A stretch of 63,394 bases of DNA, counting the filler, from Candidatus Eiseniibacteriota bacterium (GTDB taxonomy: Bacteria > Orphanbacterota > Orphanbacteria > Orphanbacterales > Orphanbacteraceae): the NCBI GenBank assembly GCA_043809585.1. It is 4 parts of 4 records of this genome, joined end to end, with 100 filler letters (N's around TTAATTAATTAA, not from the genome) between each part and the next. Parts side by side here need not be neighbours in the genome. Positions count along the whole stretch, not along the records: positions 27,091 to 57,449 come from JBDROZ010000056.1; positions 57,550 to 63,394 come from JBDROZ010000075.1; 2 more parts are not named here. One strand, written 5' to 3'. Below are positions 48,725-58,611 of this stretch, one piece after another. The translations under genes were made by a program, and so were the position numbers. The first letter of the stretch is position 1; every line of letters begins with the position of its first letter. The notes beneath the pieces were generated by a model. The model did no database searches. It was not told the origin of the DNA and saw only the letters and a list, made by a program, of their open reading frames with translations.

Positions 48725-49966
48725 TCATCGTCCTTCGTCCGCCGCCCGGGCGCTCCACCGGTGGTCGAAGAGCGTGTTCCCGCTCCCCGGCGGAGGGAGC
48801 AGGCCGGACGGGTAGTATTCCCCGTCCCGCACTTGGAGCTCGCCGGCGTTCGCGATCATGTGCACGAGGCGCGTTCCGATCTTGCACCGGACCGCCAGCT
48901 TGTACCCTCCCGGCATCAGCGGGAGCCGGTGGATGGCGCACACGAACTCCCCCTCCTCCGGGAGGTCCCGGAAGACGTCGCCCACGGTCAGGTTCTCGCA
49001 GAAGGCCAGAGAAAACTGGCCGCGCCCGAGGATCGTCACCCCCACGGAAATGTCCGACGGGTTCACCCGGTCCACGATGCGGTAGCCGATCGCCACCTTC
49101 ACGTTCCCTCCGGTGGGGAAGGTCGAAACCGGTTCGCCGCCGGCGTTCAAGAGGCGGAGGTGGGTGATGAGGATCGGCTCCCCGCCTTTCAGTTCGGGGC
49201 GCCCGGTCAGATCGAAGAACCCGTCCTCGCTCGTCCTCGCCGCGGCCGTCGCCTCCTGATAGGCCGAGACGACTTCGCCCGCCTTCCCCTCCGCCAACAG
49301 CGTCCCCTTGTCGATCCAGATCGCCCGGTCGCACGCGGAGCCGACCATGGCCATGTTATGCCCGACGAAGACGACGGTCCGACCGACGCGGGTCACCTCC
49401 TCCATCTTGGCGAGGCACCTCTCCCGGAACGCCGCGTCCCCCACGGAGAGCACCTCGTCGACGAGCATGATCTCCTGTTGGAGGTTCACGGCCACCGCGA
49501 AGCCGAGGCGTACCTTCATGCCGCTCGAATAGCGCTTCAGCGGCATGTCGAGAAACTCCTCGACCCCCGAGAAATCGACGATCTCGTCGAACTGCTTCTT
49601 GATGTCCGCGTTTCTCATGCCGATGAGGGCGCCGTTCAGGAAGACATTCTCCCGCCCCGTCAGCTCAGGATGAAACCCCGTGCCGACGGCGAGGAGCGAC
49701 CCGACCCGCCCGCGGATCCGCGCCTCCCCTTCGTTCGGCCGCGTGATCCGGGAGAGAATGCGCAGCAACGTGCTCTTCCCGGCGCCGTTCGGCCCGACGA
49801 TGCCGAACATCCCGCCCCTCGCGACGTCGAAGGTCAAGTGCCGGAGAGCCCAGAAGTGGTCCGCCCGCCCGCCCCGCCGGATCCACTCGATCAGCTTCCC
49901 CTGGAGCCAGGTGCTCTTCCGGTAACGCTTCCCCAGATCGACGACGCGCACGGCCCAGTCGTTCAC
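48725..49966 (-). CDS. wzt: Polysaccharide ABC transporter ATPase with a Wzt C-terminal domain
   Basis: FWALR, GPNGAGKST, GFHPELTGRENV, YSSGM..RLGF, DEVLSVGD; GTG at 49966. Confidence 0.9.
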   Translation of the reverse strand: MNDWAVRVVDLGKRYRKSTWLQGKLIEWIRRGGRADHFWALRHLTFDVARGGMFGIVGPNGAGKSTLLRILSRITRPNEGEARIRGRVGSLLAVGTGFHPELTGRENVFLNGALIGMRNADIKKQFDEIVDFSGVEEFLDMPLKRYSSGMKVRLGFAVAVNLQQEIMLVDEVLSVGDAAFRERCLAKMEEVTRVGRTVVFVGHNMAMVGSACDRAIWIDKGTLLAEGKAGEVVSAYQEATAAARTSEDGFFDLTGRPELKGGEPILITHLRLLNAGGEPVSTFPTGGNVKVAIGYRIVDRVNPSDISVGVTILGRGQFSLAFCENLTVGDVFRDLPEEGEFVCAIHRLPLMPGGYKLAVRCKIGTRLVHMIANAGELQVRDGEYYPSGLLPPPGSGNTLFDHRWSARAADEGR

Positions 49967-49968
49967 GG

Positions 49969-50862
49969 CTACACCAGATCCACGATGGAGTGTTCGGTCT
50001 TCAGGAAAACCATGGAGCTGAAGAAGAGGAGCGCGCCGATGGCGACCGCCGTCGCGCCGAGGGTCAGGTCCGGCGCCCGCCCCGCCCCGATCATGGCCCA
50101 GCGGAACGCCTCCACCACGCCGTTCATCGGGTTGTAGACGTAGATCGCGCGCAACCCGTCCGGCACCTTCCCCTCGAGCACCGTCGAGGAGTAGGCGACG
50201 GGCGTCGCGTAGAACCAGAAGGTCACGCCGTAGCGCATGAAGTTCGCCACGTCCCGGTAGCGCACCTGCAGGGCCGCGAAGAGAAAACCGACGCTGAGGG
50301 AGAGCCCCGCCGCCATGAGGAGCAGGAAGGGGAGGACCAGCCACTTCACGTTCGGGTAGAAACCGAAGAAGACGGCCATCGCCACCAGAATGACGAAGGA
50401 GAGGAAGAAGTCGACGACCGCCGTCATCACCTCCGCCGCCGGGACGAGGAGCCGCGGAAAGTAGACCTTGGTGATGATCTGCTCGTAGGTGACGAAGCAT
50501 CCCGTGCTCCGGAGGATGCCGCTCGCGAACATTTCCCAAGGGAGCAGCGCCGCGTAGGAGAAGATCGGATACGGCACGCCCTCGGAGGGGAGCCCGGCCA
50601 GGCGCCCGAGCACGAGACTGTAAAGAACGATCCGGACGAGGGGGCTGATGACGAACCAAACCGGGCCGAGCAGGGTCTGGCGGTAGCGGCGCGTCACGTT
50701 CCGCCAGACGAGAACGAAGAGCAAGTGCCTGTGCCGCCATAGCTCTCCGAAGTCCGGGATCTCCCAGCCCGGAGAGGGGAGGATGCGGGCCTCCCGGAGG
50801 GCGAGTTCCGGCACCGATCGCGCTTCGGGAAGGCCGCCGCCGGAGGGAGCGTGTTTCTTCAT
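49969..50862 (-). CDS. wzm: Polysaccharide ABC transporter permease
   Basis: ELWRHR.LL, RYRQTLLG..W, KVYFPR, YRDV, YATPVAY, NPM..VEAFR. Confidence 0.9.
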   Translation of the reverse strand: MKKHAPSGGGLPEARSVPELALREARILPSPGWEIPDFGELWRHRHLLFVLVWRNVTRRYRQTLLGPVWFVISPLVRIVLYSLVLGRLAGLPSEGVPYPIFSYAALLPWEMFASGILRSTGCFVTYEQIITKVYFPRLLVPAAEVMTAVVDFFLSFVILVAMAVFFGFYPNVKWLVLPFLLLMAAGLSLSVGFLFAALQVRYRDVANFMRYGVTFWFYATPVAYSSTVLEGKVPDGLRAIYVYNPMNGVVEAFRWAMIGAGRAPDLTLGATAVAIGALLFFSSMVFLKTEHSIVDLV

Positions 50863-51184
50863 GGCCGATTCCCCGAAGGCCGCCCGGGCCGGCCCGTTCC
50901 TTTCTTTACGGAGGTTCCACCATCCTATCACGTTCCCGCCCGGCTCCTGAACCCTCGACTCCATGAACCGACATGAAACAGGATATTGCGTACGCGGCCC
51001 CGGCCCGGTGCGGACCGGCGCTGGGGGGAGGGGATCCGGAAGGAACCGGAACGAAGCGGGCGAGGGGCCCCCTCCCGGGGGTGCTGCGGATCGCGAAGAG
51101 GGGGGATGGAGCCCCATCCCCCCTCTGCTTGCTTTCGGTCTTCCCGTTCGGCTTGCGCCTTGGCGTTGCTCTTCTCTGCGCGGC

Positions 51185-51988
51185 TCACTTCGCCGGCGGG
51201 CACTCTGCGTCGATCTGCTCTTCGTCCCAGCACGCCTCTTCGCCGTTCCGGTAGTCCTCCCAGCGGATGCTCCCCGCGCCGGTCGTTTCGTTCCACCGGA
51301 TGAACCAGTCGCCGCTCTCCGAATCGTCGTACCACTCCACGCGGCACTCGTCCCCTTCCCGGCGGTAGCCTAGTTCGTCACCGGGGTTCACCCAAAGGTC
51401 CGTGAAGAGCAGCTCTTCCTCCGCCTCCCATTCGATGCGGGCCACCGCCGGCTTGCCCGCCTCGGTGAAGTCGTAGAAGGTCCAGTCGCCGGTCCGCCCC
51501 TCGTTCCGGGTCTCCCCTTCGAACCAGAGCTCGCCGACGAGCGGCGGGTCGGCGAAGAGGTTCGTCAGGCGCATCTCCCATTCCGTGTGACTGCCGGCGT
51601 TCTTCCCCCGGAGACGGATCTGCGCCTCCTCGTCGCCGTTCACGAATGTGTAGACCCAGAGCCACGATCCGTCCGGCTGGCGGCTCGGGAAGGTGTGCAC
51701 GGCGAGGGCGAAGGCGGCCACCGGCGGCGTGAGCGCGAACCGGGTGACGGTCTGGATGACCGCGACCCGGACGATCGCGCTTAGGAAGTTCTCGTGCGAG
51801 TCGTCCAGGGTCTTCCCGGGCCGCTCGAAGAACCCGAGATCGAAACTGAGCCACTTCGCTTCTGGCAGGGCGGGGGCCTTGGCCGCCTCCGGGCCGGTCG
51901 GCGCCGTCTCCTCGCAGCCGAGAGAGAACGCCGCCAAGATCGCCAGAATCAACATCGTCGTCCCCGTCTTCTTCGTCCGTACGTCCAT
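51185..51988 (-). CDS. Hypothetical lipoprotein
   Basis: AAGGAGG RBS, FSLGC lipobox, Trp/beta-rich body. Confidence 0.8.
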   Translation of the reverse strand: MDVRTKKTGTTMLILAILAAFSLGCEETAPTGPEAAKAPALPEAKWLSFDLGFFERPGKTLDDSHENFLSAIVRVAVIQTVTRFALTPPVAAFALAVHTFPSRQPDGSWLWVYTFVNGDEEAQIRLRGKNAGSHTEWEMRLTNLFADPPLVGELWFEGETRNEGRTGDWTFYDFTEAGKPAVARIEWEAEEELLFTDLWVNPGDELGYRREGDECRVEWYDDSESGDWFIRWNETTGAGSIRWEDYRNGEEACWDEEQIDAECPPAK

Positions 51989-52056
51989 GATCGCCTCCTT
52001 CCGTCCTCCGTCTCTCCGGCGGCCCGGGAGAGGACCGCCGCTCGGAGAGGGGGAAT

Positions 52057-52072
52057 TGCATCGGTCGTGCCG
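52057..52072 (-). promoter_or_regulatory. Putative sigma54 promoter of the lipoprotein gene
   Basis: Minus strand cGGCACG-ACCG-ATGCA with correct GG/GC spacing; AT-rich tract upstream. Confidence 0.55.
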
Positions 52073-52383
52073 GAGATTCCCCGAAAAAGGTATTTTAGTT
52101 AACGTGTTTGATTGCAATGAAATAAAGCGACGGATCTCGCCGGAAGGCGGGCTTCCGCCCGTGGCGGGTCCTCACAGGTGGGGTGAGGATTCACGGACCC
52201 GGGCGGAAGGGTCAAGGAGTAGGCTGCGCGGGCCGATTTCCCGATTGTAGGGCGGGAACCGCGAAGCCAGAGAGACATTCGAATGGGGATTCGCCCGAAG
52301 GGAGATCCCCGGTTCCCGTTTCCGAGCGATCGGTCACTCGGAATCTCCGGTCCTCCGGACCGAGATAATGGGAGGAGTCATCC

Positions 52384-54417
52384 ATGTTCATTTCACGATT
52401 CTCGATCGCCTGCCTGCCGGCTCGGGCGCTTGGGGCCCTCCTCGGCATCGCGATCGCCGTGGGACAGGGGGGTGCCTCGGGCGGGACCCCCGACGCCCTC
52501 GCCGATCTCAGTCTCGAGGATTTGATGAAGGTGGAAATCGTCTACGCCGCCTCGCGCTACGAGCAGTCGACGGCCGACGCCCCTTCGTCGGTGACGATCG
52601 TGACCGCCGAGGAGATCCGCGCCTACGGCCACCGGAACCTGGGGGACATCCTCCGGGGCGTCCGGGGCTTCTACACGACCTGCGACCGAAACTACCAGTA
52701 CATCGGCGTGAGGGGGTTCGGGAGACCGGGGGACTACAACTCCCGGATCCTGCTCCTCCTGAACGGGCACCGGATCAACGAGAATATCTACGAGTCGGCG
52801 CTGATCGGCGAGGGATTCCCCGTCGATCTCGACCTCGTCTCCCGGGTGGAGGTCATCCGGGGGCCGAGTTCTTCGCTTTACGGCACGAACGCGTTCTTCG
52901 GCGTCGTCAACGTCGTCACGAAAGAGGCCGCCGATCTCGACGGTTTCCACCTCACTGCCGAGGGGGGGAGCGCCGAGAGCTACTCGGGAGCGATCGACTA
53001 CGGGGAGCGTCTCCGGAGCGGGGAAGAGGTCCTCTTCTCCGCCTCTTTCTATGACGCCGCGGGCAACGACCTCTACTTCCCGGAGTATGACGATCCGGGG
53101 ACGGGCGACGGCCGGGCCGTGGGGGTGGACGGAGACGGCGCGAGACGGTTCTTCGGGCGCGTCGCCCGGGAGGGCCTCGTCTTCGAGAGCGGTTTCTATT
53201 CCCGGGAGAAGTCGATCCCGACGGGGGCGTTCGAGACGGTGTTCAACGATCCGAGAACGAAGTCGGTCGACTCCCGGGGGTACGCCGTCCTCCGATACGA
53301 TCACGCCCTCCGCGAAGGGACGAACCTCTCCGCGGAGGCCGCCTACGACTGGTACGGCTACGACGGCGACTACGCGGTCGACTACGGCGTGGAGGACGAT
53401 CCGTACGTGGTTGTGAATCACGACGAAGGCATGGCCCGTTGGTGGACCGGCGGCCTTCGCCTCACCCGGAGTCATGGGGAGCGCAGTCTCTTCACGACAG
53501 GCGTCGAGTACCTCTACAATTCCCGGCTCGACCAGACGAACTACGACGAGATGGTCTACCTCGACGACTCGCGGACCAGCGGCATATGGGCGTTTCACGC
53601 TCAGGAGGACCTCTCTCTCGTCCGTTCCCTTCACCTGAGCGCCGGGCTCCGCCACGACCGGTACGACACGTTCGGGGGGACGACCAGCCCCCGGCTCGGG
53701 CTCATCTGGACGGCCGGCGCGTCGACCACGCTCAAGGGACTTTACGGACGGGCCTTCCGGGCCCCGAACGCCTATGAACTCTACTACAACGACGGGGGGG
53801 AGGAGGGGCGGACCCAGAAGCCGAACCCCGAACTCGAACCGGAGCGGATCACCACGTACGAGATGGTCCTCGAGCGCGATCTCGGGCCCGCCCTGGGGAC
53901 CGCCCTCTCCCTCTGGACCTTCGATACGGAGGATCTCATCGCCTTCGGTCCCGATCCCTCGGACGACCTGAACTACTACCACAACGTCGACCGGGTCACG
54001 GCGCGGGGCGTGGAAGGAGAGGTCCGCGGCCGTTGGAAGAACGGAATCTCCGGCCGCGTCAGCTACGCCTTCCAGGAGACCGAGGACGAGGCGACGGGCA
54101 AGCCGCTCACGAACTCGCCGAAGCACCTCGTCAAGGGGAACGTGGCCGGCCCGTTCCTCGCCCGGGGCGTGAACGCCGGCGTGCAGGTTCAGTACACGAG
54201 CGACCGGAAAACCACGTATGAAGGTGTCGCCGACGGGTTCTGGGTGGCCCATCTTACCCTCTCCGGCCGGTTCCTCGGGGAACGGCTCGAACTCGGAGGG
54301 GGAGTGTACAACGTCTTCGACAACCGGTACGGCGACCCGGGGTCGGAGGAGCATCTCCAGGATCTGATCGAGCAGGACGGGCGGAGCTACCGGATTCGCC
54401 TCCGCTGCCGACTGTGA
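52384..54417 (+). CDS. TonB-dependent receptor (YfiR-associated type)
   Basis: LSLEDLM, APSSVTIVT.EEI, plug RVEVIRGPSSSLYG.NA..GVVN, FRAPN, NPELEPE, YNVFD. Confidence 0.9.
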   Translation: MFISRFSIACLPARALGALLGIAIAVGQGGASGGTPDALADLSLEDLMKVEIVYAASRYEQSTADAPSSVTIVTAEEIRAYGHRNLGDILRGVRGFYTTCDRNYQYIGVRGFGRPGDYNSRILLLLNGHRINENIYESALIGEGFPVDLDLVSRVEVIRGPSSSLYGTNAFFGVVNVVTKEAADLDGFHLTAEGGSAESYSGAIDYGERLRSGEEVLFSASFYDAAGNDLYFPEYDDPGTGDGRAVGVDGDGARRFFGRVAREGLVFESGFYSREKSIPTGAFETVFNDPRTKSVDSRGYAVLRYDHALREGTNLSAEAAYDWYGYDGDYAVDYGVEDDPYVVVNHDEGMARWWTGGLRLTRSHGERSLFTTGVEYLYNSRLDQTNYDEMVYLDDSRTSGIWAFHAQEDLSLVRSLHLSAGLRHDRYDTFGGTTSPRLGLIWTAGASTTLKGLYGRAFRAPNAYELYYNDGGEEGRTQKPNPELEPERITTYEMVLERDLGPALGTALSLWTFDTEDLIAFGPDPSDDLNYYHNVDRVTARGVEGEVRGRWKNGISGRVSYAFQETEDEATGKPLTNSPKHLVKGNVAGPFLARGVNAGVQVQYTSDRKTTYEGVADGFWVAHLTLSGRFLGERLELGGGVYNVFDNRYGDPGSEEHLQDLIEQDGRSYRIRLRCRL

Positions 54418-54424
54418 GGGCCGG

Positions 54425-55063
54425 GTGAAATCAGCGGCGTCCATTCGAGAAGCGTTCGTCATCGCGATCCTCGCGGCCCTCGTCATCGGGGCCGGTCCGG
54501 TCCGGGCGGGTGGGGAGGATCAGTCCGCGGAGGGTCCGCTCAAGGCGGCGTTTCTCTACCAATTCACCAAGTTCATCACCTGGCCGGCGGAGACCTTCGC
54601 CTCTCCCGGCGACCCGATCCGGATCGTCGTGGTCGCGGACGACGAGTTCGGTGAGCTCGTGGAATCCGCGGTCGCGGGAAGACGGGTGGGGGGGCGGCCT
54701 TTCGAGGTCCGGCGCCTCGAAGGACTCGAGAACCTCCCGGCCTGCAACATTCTTTTCGTCTGCGAGCGCGTCGAAGACGAATACGTCCGCTCCGATGAAT
54801 CGATTCGAAGGCCGGGAATGCTCACCGTCGGCGAAACGGACCGTTTCATGCGTTCCGGCGGCATCATCCGCTTCTTCGTCGAGGAACGGAAGCTCCGGTT
54901 CGAGGTCAATACGGAGGCCGCCGGCCGGGCCGGCCTTTCGATCAGCTCCGAAATGCTCAAGCTCGCCCGGATCGTGAAGGACGCCGCCCTTCTCTTCGAA
55001 GGGGGAGGAACCGATCTCTCCTTCGCCTATTGCCTTCCCCTTTGCGCGCCGGCATCCTGGTAG
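54425..55063 (+). CDS. YfiR family (DUF4154) protein
   Basis: LKAAFLYQFTKFITWP, C.ILF, LTVGE, GGII.F, RFEVN..A...GL.ISS..LKLA. Confidence 0.88.
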   Translation: MKSAASIREAFVIAILAALVIGAGPVRAGGEDQSAEGPLKAAFLYQFTKFITWPAETFASPGDPIRIVVVADDEFGELVESAVAGRRVGGRPFEVRRLEGLENLPACNILFVCERVEDEYVRSDESIRRPGMLTVGETDRFMRSGGIIRFFVEERKLRFEVNTEAAGRAGLSISSEMLKLARIVKDAALLFEGGGTDLSFAYCLPLCAPASW

Positions 55064-55204
55064 CCGGTCCCCCTCTCCCTTTTCCTTCCGATCCCATTCC
55101 GTTGTTGTCTTCCCCTCGCGATCGCTCTACTCTCCTGAACGCCGGGAGACGGGGTTCGTCGGGTCCGGCCCGGATGACGAATCGCCCGGAGGAGGGGAGG
55201 GACG

Positions 55205-57449
55205 GTGACCCGAAAGCTCGGCGCCTTCCTCGGTGTCTACACCCCGACGGTCCTGACCATCCTCGGCGTGATCATGTACCTCCGCTTCGGGTGGCTCGCG
55301 GGGCATCTCGGCCTCGCGCGAATCCTCCTGGTCGTCGCCCTCGCGAACAGCATCACCCTGATCACCACCCTCGCCTTCTCGTCGGTGGCGACAAACGTCC
55401 GCGTCGGTGTCGGCGGCGCTTACTACATCGTCTCCCGGAGCCTCGGTATCGAGATCGGCGGCGCCATCGGCCTTCCCCTCTTCCTCTCCCAGGCCCTCTC
55501 GGTGACCCTCTACTCCTTCGGTTTCGCCGAATCCCTTCGCATCGTCTGGCCCGGCGTTCCGATCCCCGTGGTCACCGGCGCGGTCATCGTGTTCGTCGCG
55601 CTCCTCGCGGCGCCGGGCGCGCGGATCGCCCTCCGCGCCCAGGTCCCTCTGCTCGGGCTGGTCGCCCTCTCGATCGGGGCCCTCGCCGTGGGGGCGCTGA
55701 TGCGCCGCGGAGGAACGATCGTCATCGACGCCCCCCCTCTCGGCGAGATCGGATTCTGGGCCGCCTTCGCGATCTTCTTTCCCGCCGTCACCGGGGTGAT
55801 GGCCGGTCTCGGCCTCTCCGGCGATCTCGCGGACCCGGGCCGGTCGATCCCCCGGGGGTCGCTCTTTGCGGTGGGGACCGGCTTCGCCGTTTATCTGATC
55901 ATTCCCGTCGTCCTTCTCGCCGGGGCATCGGCCGCGGATCTGCGGTCGGACTCGATGATCTGGACACGGATCGCCATCCTCGGTCCCTGGTTCGTGCTGC
56001 CCGGGCTCTGGTCGGCGATCTTCTCGTCCGCCGTCGGATCGGTCCTCTCCGCGCCGCGGACGCTCCAGGCCCTCGCCCGGGACGGACTCGCCCCCCGCTT
56101 TCTCGGAAAAGTGACGGGGGATTGGCGGGAGATCGTGCCCGGAATGGCGGTGACCGTGGTGATCGCTCTCGGCGCGGTCTTTCTCGGCGACCTGAACGCG
56201 GTGGCGTCCCTGGTCACCATGTTCTTCCTCACCGTCTACGGCACGATCAATCTGGTGTCCGCTTTCGAAGCCCTGTCGGGCGACCCGTCCTGGCGCCCGC
56301 GGCTCCGCATCCCCTGGCCCGTCGCCCTCGCGGGCGCGGTCCTCTGCGGGGTCGCCATGTTTCTCATCAGCCCCGTGGCGGGGGCCGTCGCCGTTCTCGC
56401 CGAATTCCTCCTCTGGCTCGTTCTCTCCCGGAAGGAGAGGTCCGCGAGGTGGGGGGACGCCCGCCGGGGCCTGTACGAAAACCTGATCCGGTGGGCCCTC
56501 GTCAATCTCGCGGAGCGTCCCATGAGCGCGAGGAACTGGCGGCCCCACGTGCTGGTCTTCGCGCAGGATCCGCTGAAGGAGCTCGACCTCGTCCGTTTCG
56601 GCGACTGGTTCAGCCAGGGACGGGGGGTCGTCACGGTTTGCCGCCTCGTCGTGGGGGACCTGCTCATTCACGTGCCCGACCGGCGGGGGATGCGCCTCGA
56701 GATGCAGGAGTTCTTCGACGCCGAGAACCTGACCGTCTTCGCCGAGGTGGACGTGGTGCCGGACGTGGTGGACGGCCTGGTGAGCGTGGCCCAGGCGAAC
56801 GGCATGGCGGGGATCGCGAGCAATATGGTGCTCCTCGGATGGCCGGGCGAGACGTCGCTCCAGGTCCAGTTCCTCCAGGTCATGAGCCGGCTCGAAGCGC
56901 TGAACAAATCGCTCGTCCTCGCCCGCATCCACCCGCACCACCTCTACCGGCCCCGGGCGTACGAGCGGACGATTCACGTCTGGTGGGGAGGGCTCCAGCG
57001 GAACGGCGACCTCATGCTCCTCCTCGCCCACCTCCTCACGCGGAATCCGGAGTGGCGGAACGCGAAGGTCCGGGTGATGAGCGTCGCCACGAGCGAAGTG
57101 ATGAAGAGCCAGACCGAGATGATCCTCGCGAAACTGATTCCGGAGATCCGCATCCAGGCGGAAGCGCGGGTGATCCTGAAACCGAAAGAGATGAGCGTCA
57201 CCGAACTGATCCACCAGGAGAGCCGGGAGGCGGAGGTCGTGGTCCTCGGTCTCGCCACGCCGGAGGAGGGGAAGGAGGAGGAGTACGCGGTGCGGCTCGA
57301 AAAGCTCGCCGGCGAACTGCCGACGGTCTTCTTCGTCCGGAACGCGAGCCTCTTCATGGGCGGGCTCGTGGGGGAGACCGAAAAGGCTTCCCCCCTCACC
57401 GACTCCCGGAGCGGCAAGACCGCGGAGGAGGCGGCGGAGAAAGCGGAGA
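55205..57449 (+). CDS. Cation-chloride cotransporter (SLC12/CCC)-like permease; no stop before the contig end
   Basis: GVYTPT.LTILGVIMYLR, GG.YY..SRSLG.E.GG.IG, FFPAVTG..AG..SGDL, NWRP, VWW. Confidence 0.88.
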
Positions 57450-57549
57450 NNNNNNNNNNNNNNNNNNNNNNNNNNNNNNNNNNNNNNNNNNNNTTAATTA
57501 ATTAANNNNNNNNNNNNNNNNNNNNNNNNNNNNNNNNNNNNNNNNNNNN
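57450..57549. other. Artificial contig linker
   Basis: N run-TTAATTAATTAA-N run. Confidence 0.98.
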
Positions 57550-57686
57550 GCCTCAGGCCAACCCTGAAAAGGGGGTAGGTCTTCACTACAGCCCATTTTC
57601 ATCCTTTTCGGAAGGTTCCCGCCTTTGAAATCAATGACTTACGATTTGAAAATAGTCAAAAGCGGGGTCGAATCCGCAAAGTCGGG
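57550..57686 (-). mobile_element. End of a second copy of the IS1634-like element
   Basis: Near-identical to about 26697-26833 (one C/G difference seen); followed by CTAG. Confidence 0.92.
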
Positions 57687-57762
57687 CTAGCGACCCTTTT
57701 GGCATGACGTTCGCCTTCCCGGGCGCTCGACGTCGAGTCCGTACGTGCCGCGCTCAACCACC

Positions 57763-57964
57763 CCGTTCGTCCTGAGTGCCGCCCGGTCCCCCGGGCGGTG
57801 TATCGAAGGATGAACCGGGGAATAGGGGAGAACCTCACTGAGCTTAGGGCTTTGGAATGAGTGGGGGACCGGTTCCGCCCGAGCCCTTCGATACGGACCT
57901 CGGTCCTACTCAGGACAGGCTTCCGGCGGTGTGGGGGACATGAACTCGTTTCGTGTCCCCCACA
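57763..57964. repeat. Cluster of REP-like hairpins
   Basis: GTCCTGAGT..GTATCGAAGG units at 57763-57818 (+) and 57881-57923 (-); hairpin gtgggggaca..tgtcccccac. Confidence 0.6.
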
Positions 57965-58058
57965 TTCATCCGCCCACGAGCACAACTGCTCCATAGCGCA
58001 GAGCCGGGGTCCGAGGAAGATAGACCCTTCGGCCTTCTTGATGTAAGATTACCCCACC

Positions 58059-58611
58059 ATGGCGCGCATCTACACACGGGGCGGAGACAAGGGGGACACG
58101 GCCCTCTTCGGAGGGGGGCGGGTGAGGAAGAACGATCTCCGGGTCGCGGCCTACGGCGCGGTGGACGAACTCTCATGCGCCCTCGGCGCCGTTCTCGCCG
58201 AGATCGAACCGAAGCATGACGCCGCGAGGGTTCTCGAAGACGCCCAGCACCACCTCTTCCGCCTCGGCGGCGTTCTGGCCGATCCGGAGGGGAAGGCGAT
58301 GATCGCGCCGCCGGGGAAGCCCGAGGTGGAGGCCCTGGAGAGTGCGATCGACCGTCTCGAGGAAGACCTCCCCGCGCTCAAGCAGTTCATCCTGCCCGGC
58401 GGCTGCCGGGCGGGGGCCGCGCTCCATCTCTCGCGGTCGGTCTGTCGAAGGGCCGAGCGGGCCGTGGTCGATCTGGTCGATCGAGGGGCCCCGGTTCCGC
58501 CGGAAATCCTCATCTACCTGAACCGTCTCTCCGACTACCTCTTCGTCGCCGCCCGGTCGGTGAACCGCGCCGGGGGGCGCCCCGGAGAAACCGTGGGACT
58601 CGAAACGCTGA
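58059..58611 (+). CDS. PduO-type ATP:cob(I)alamin adenosyltransferase, with a probable +1 frameshift near 58572-58577
   Basis: IYTRGGDKGDT, R..AYGAVDEL, FILPGG, RSVCRRAER, YLNRLSDYLF; typical ending PEKPWDSKR* lies in the shifted frame. Confidence 0.88.

Noticed and set aside
51098..51125. Perfect 12-bp hairpin between the lipoprotein gene and wzm
   Set aside because: Probably an ordinary terminator or stabiliser; no strong U tract and no other copies seen
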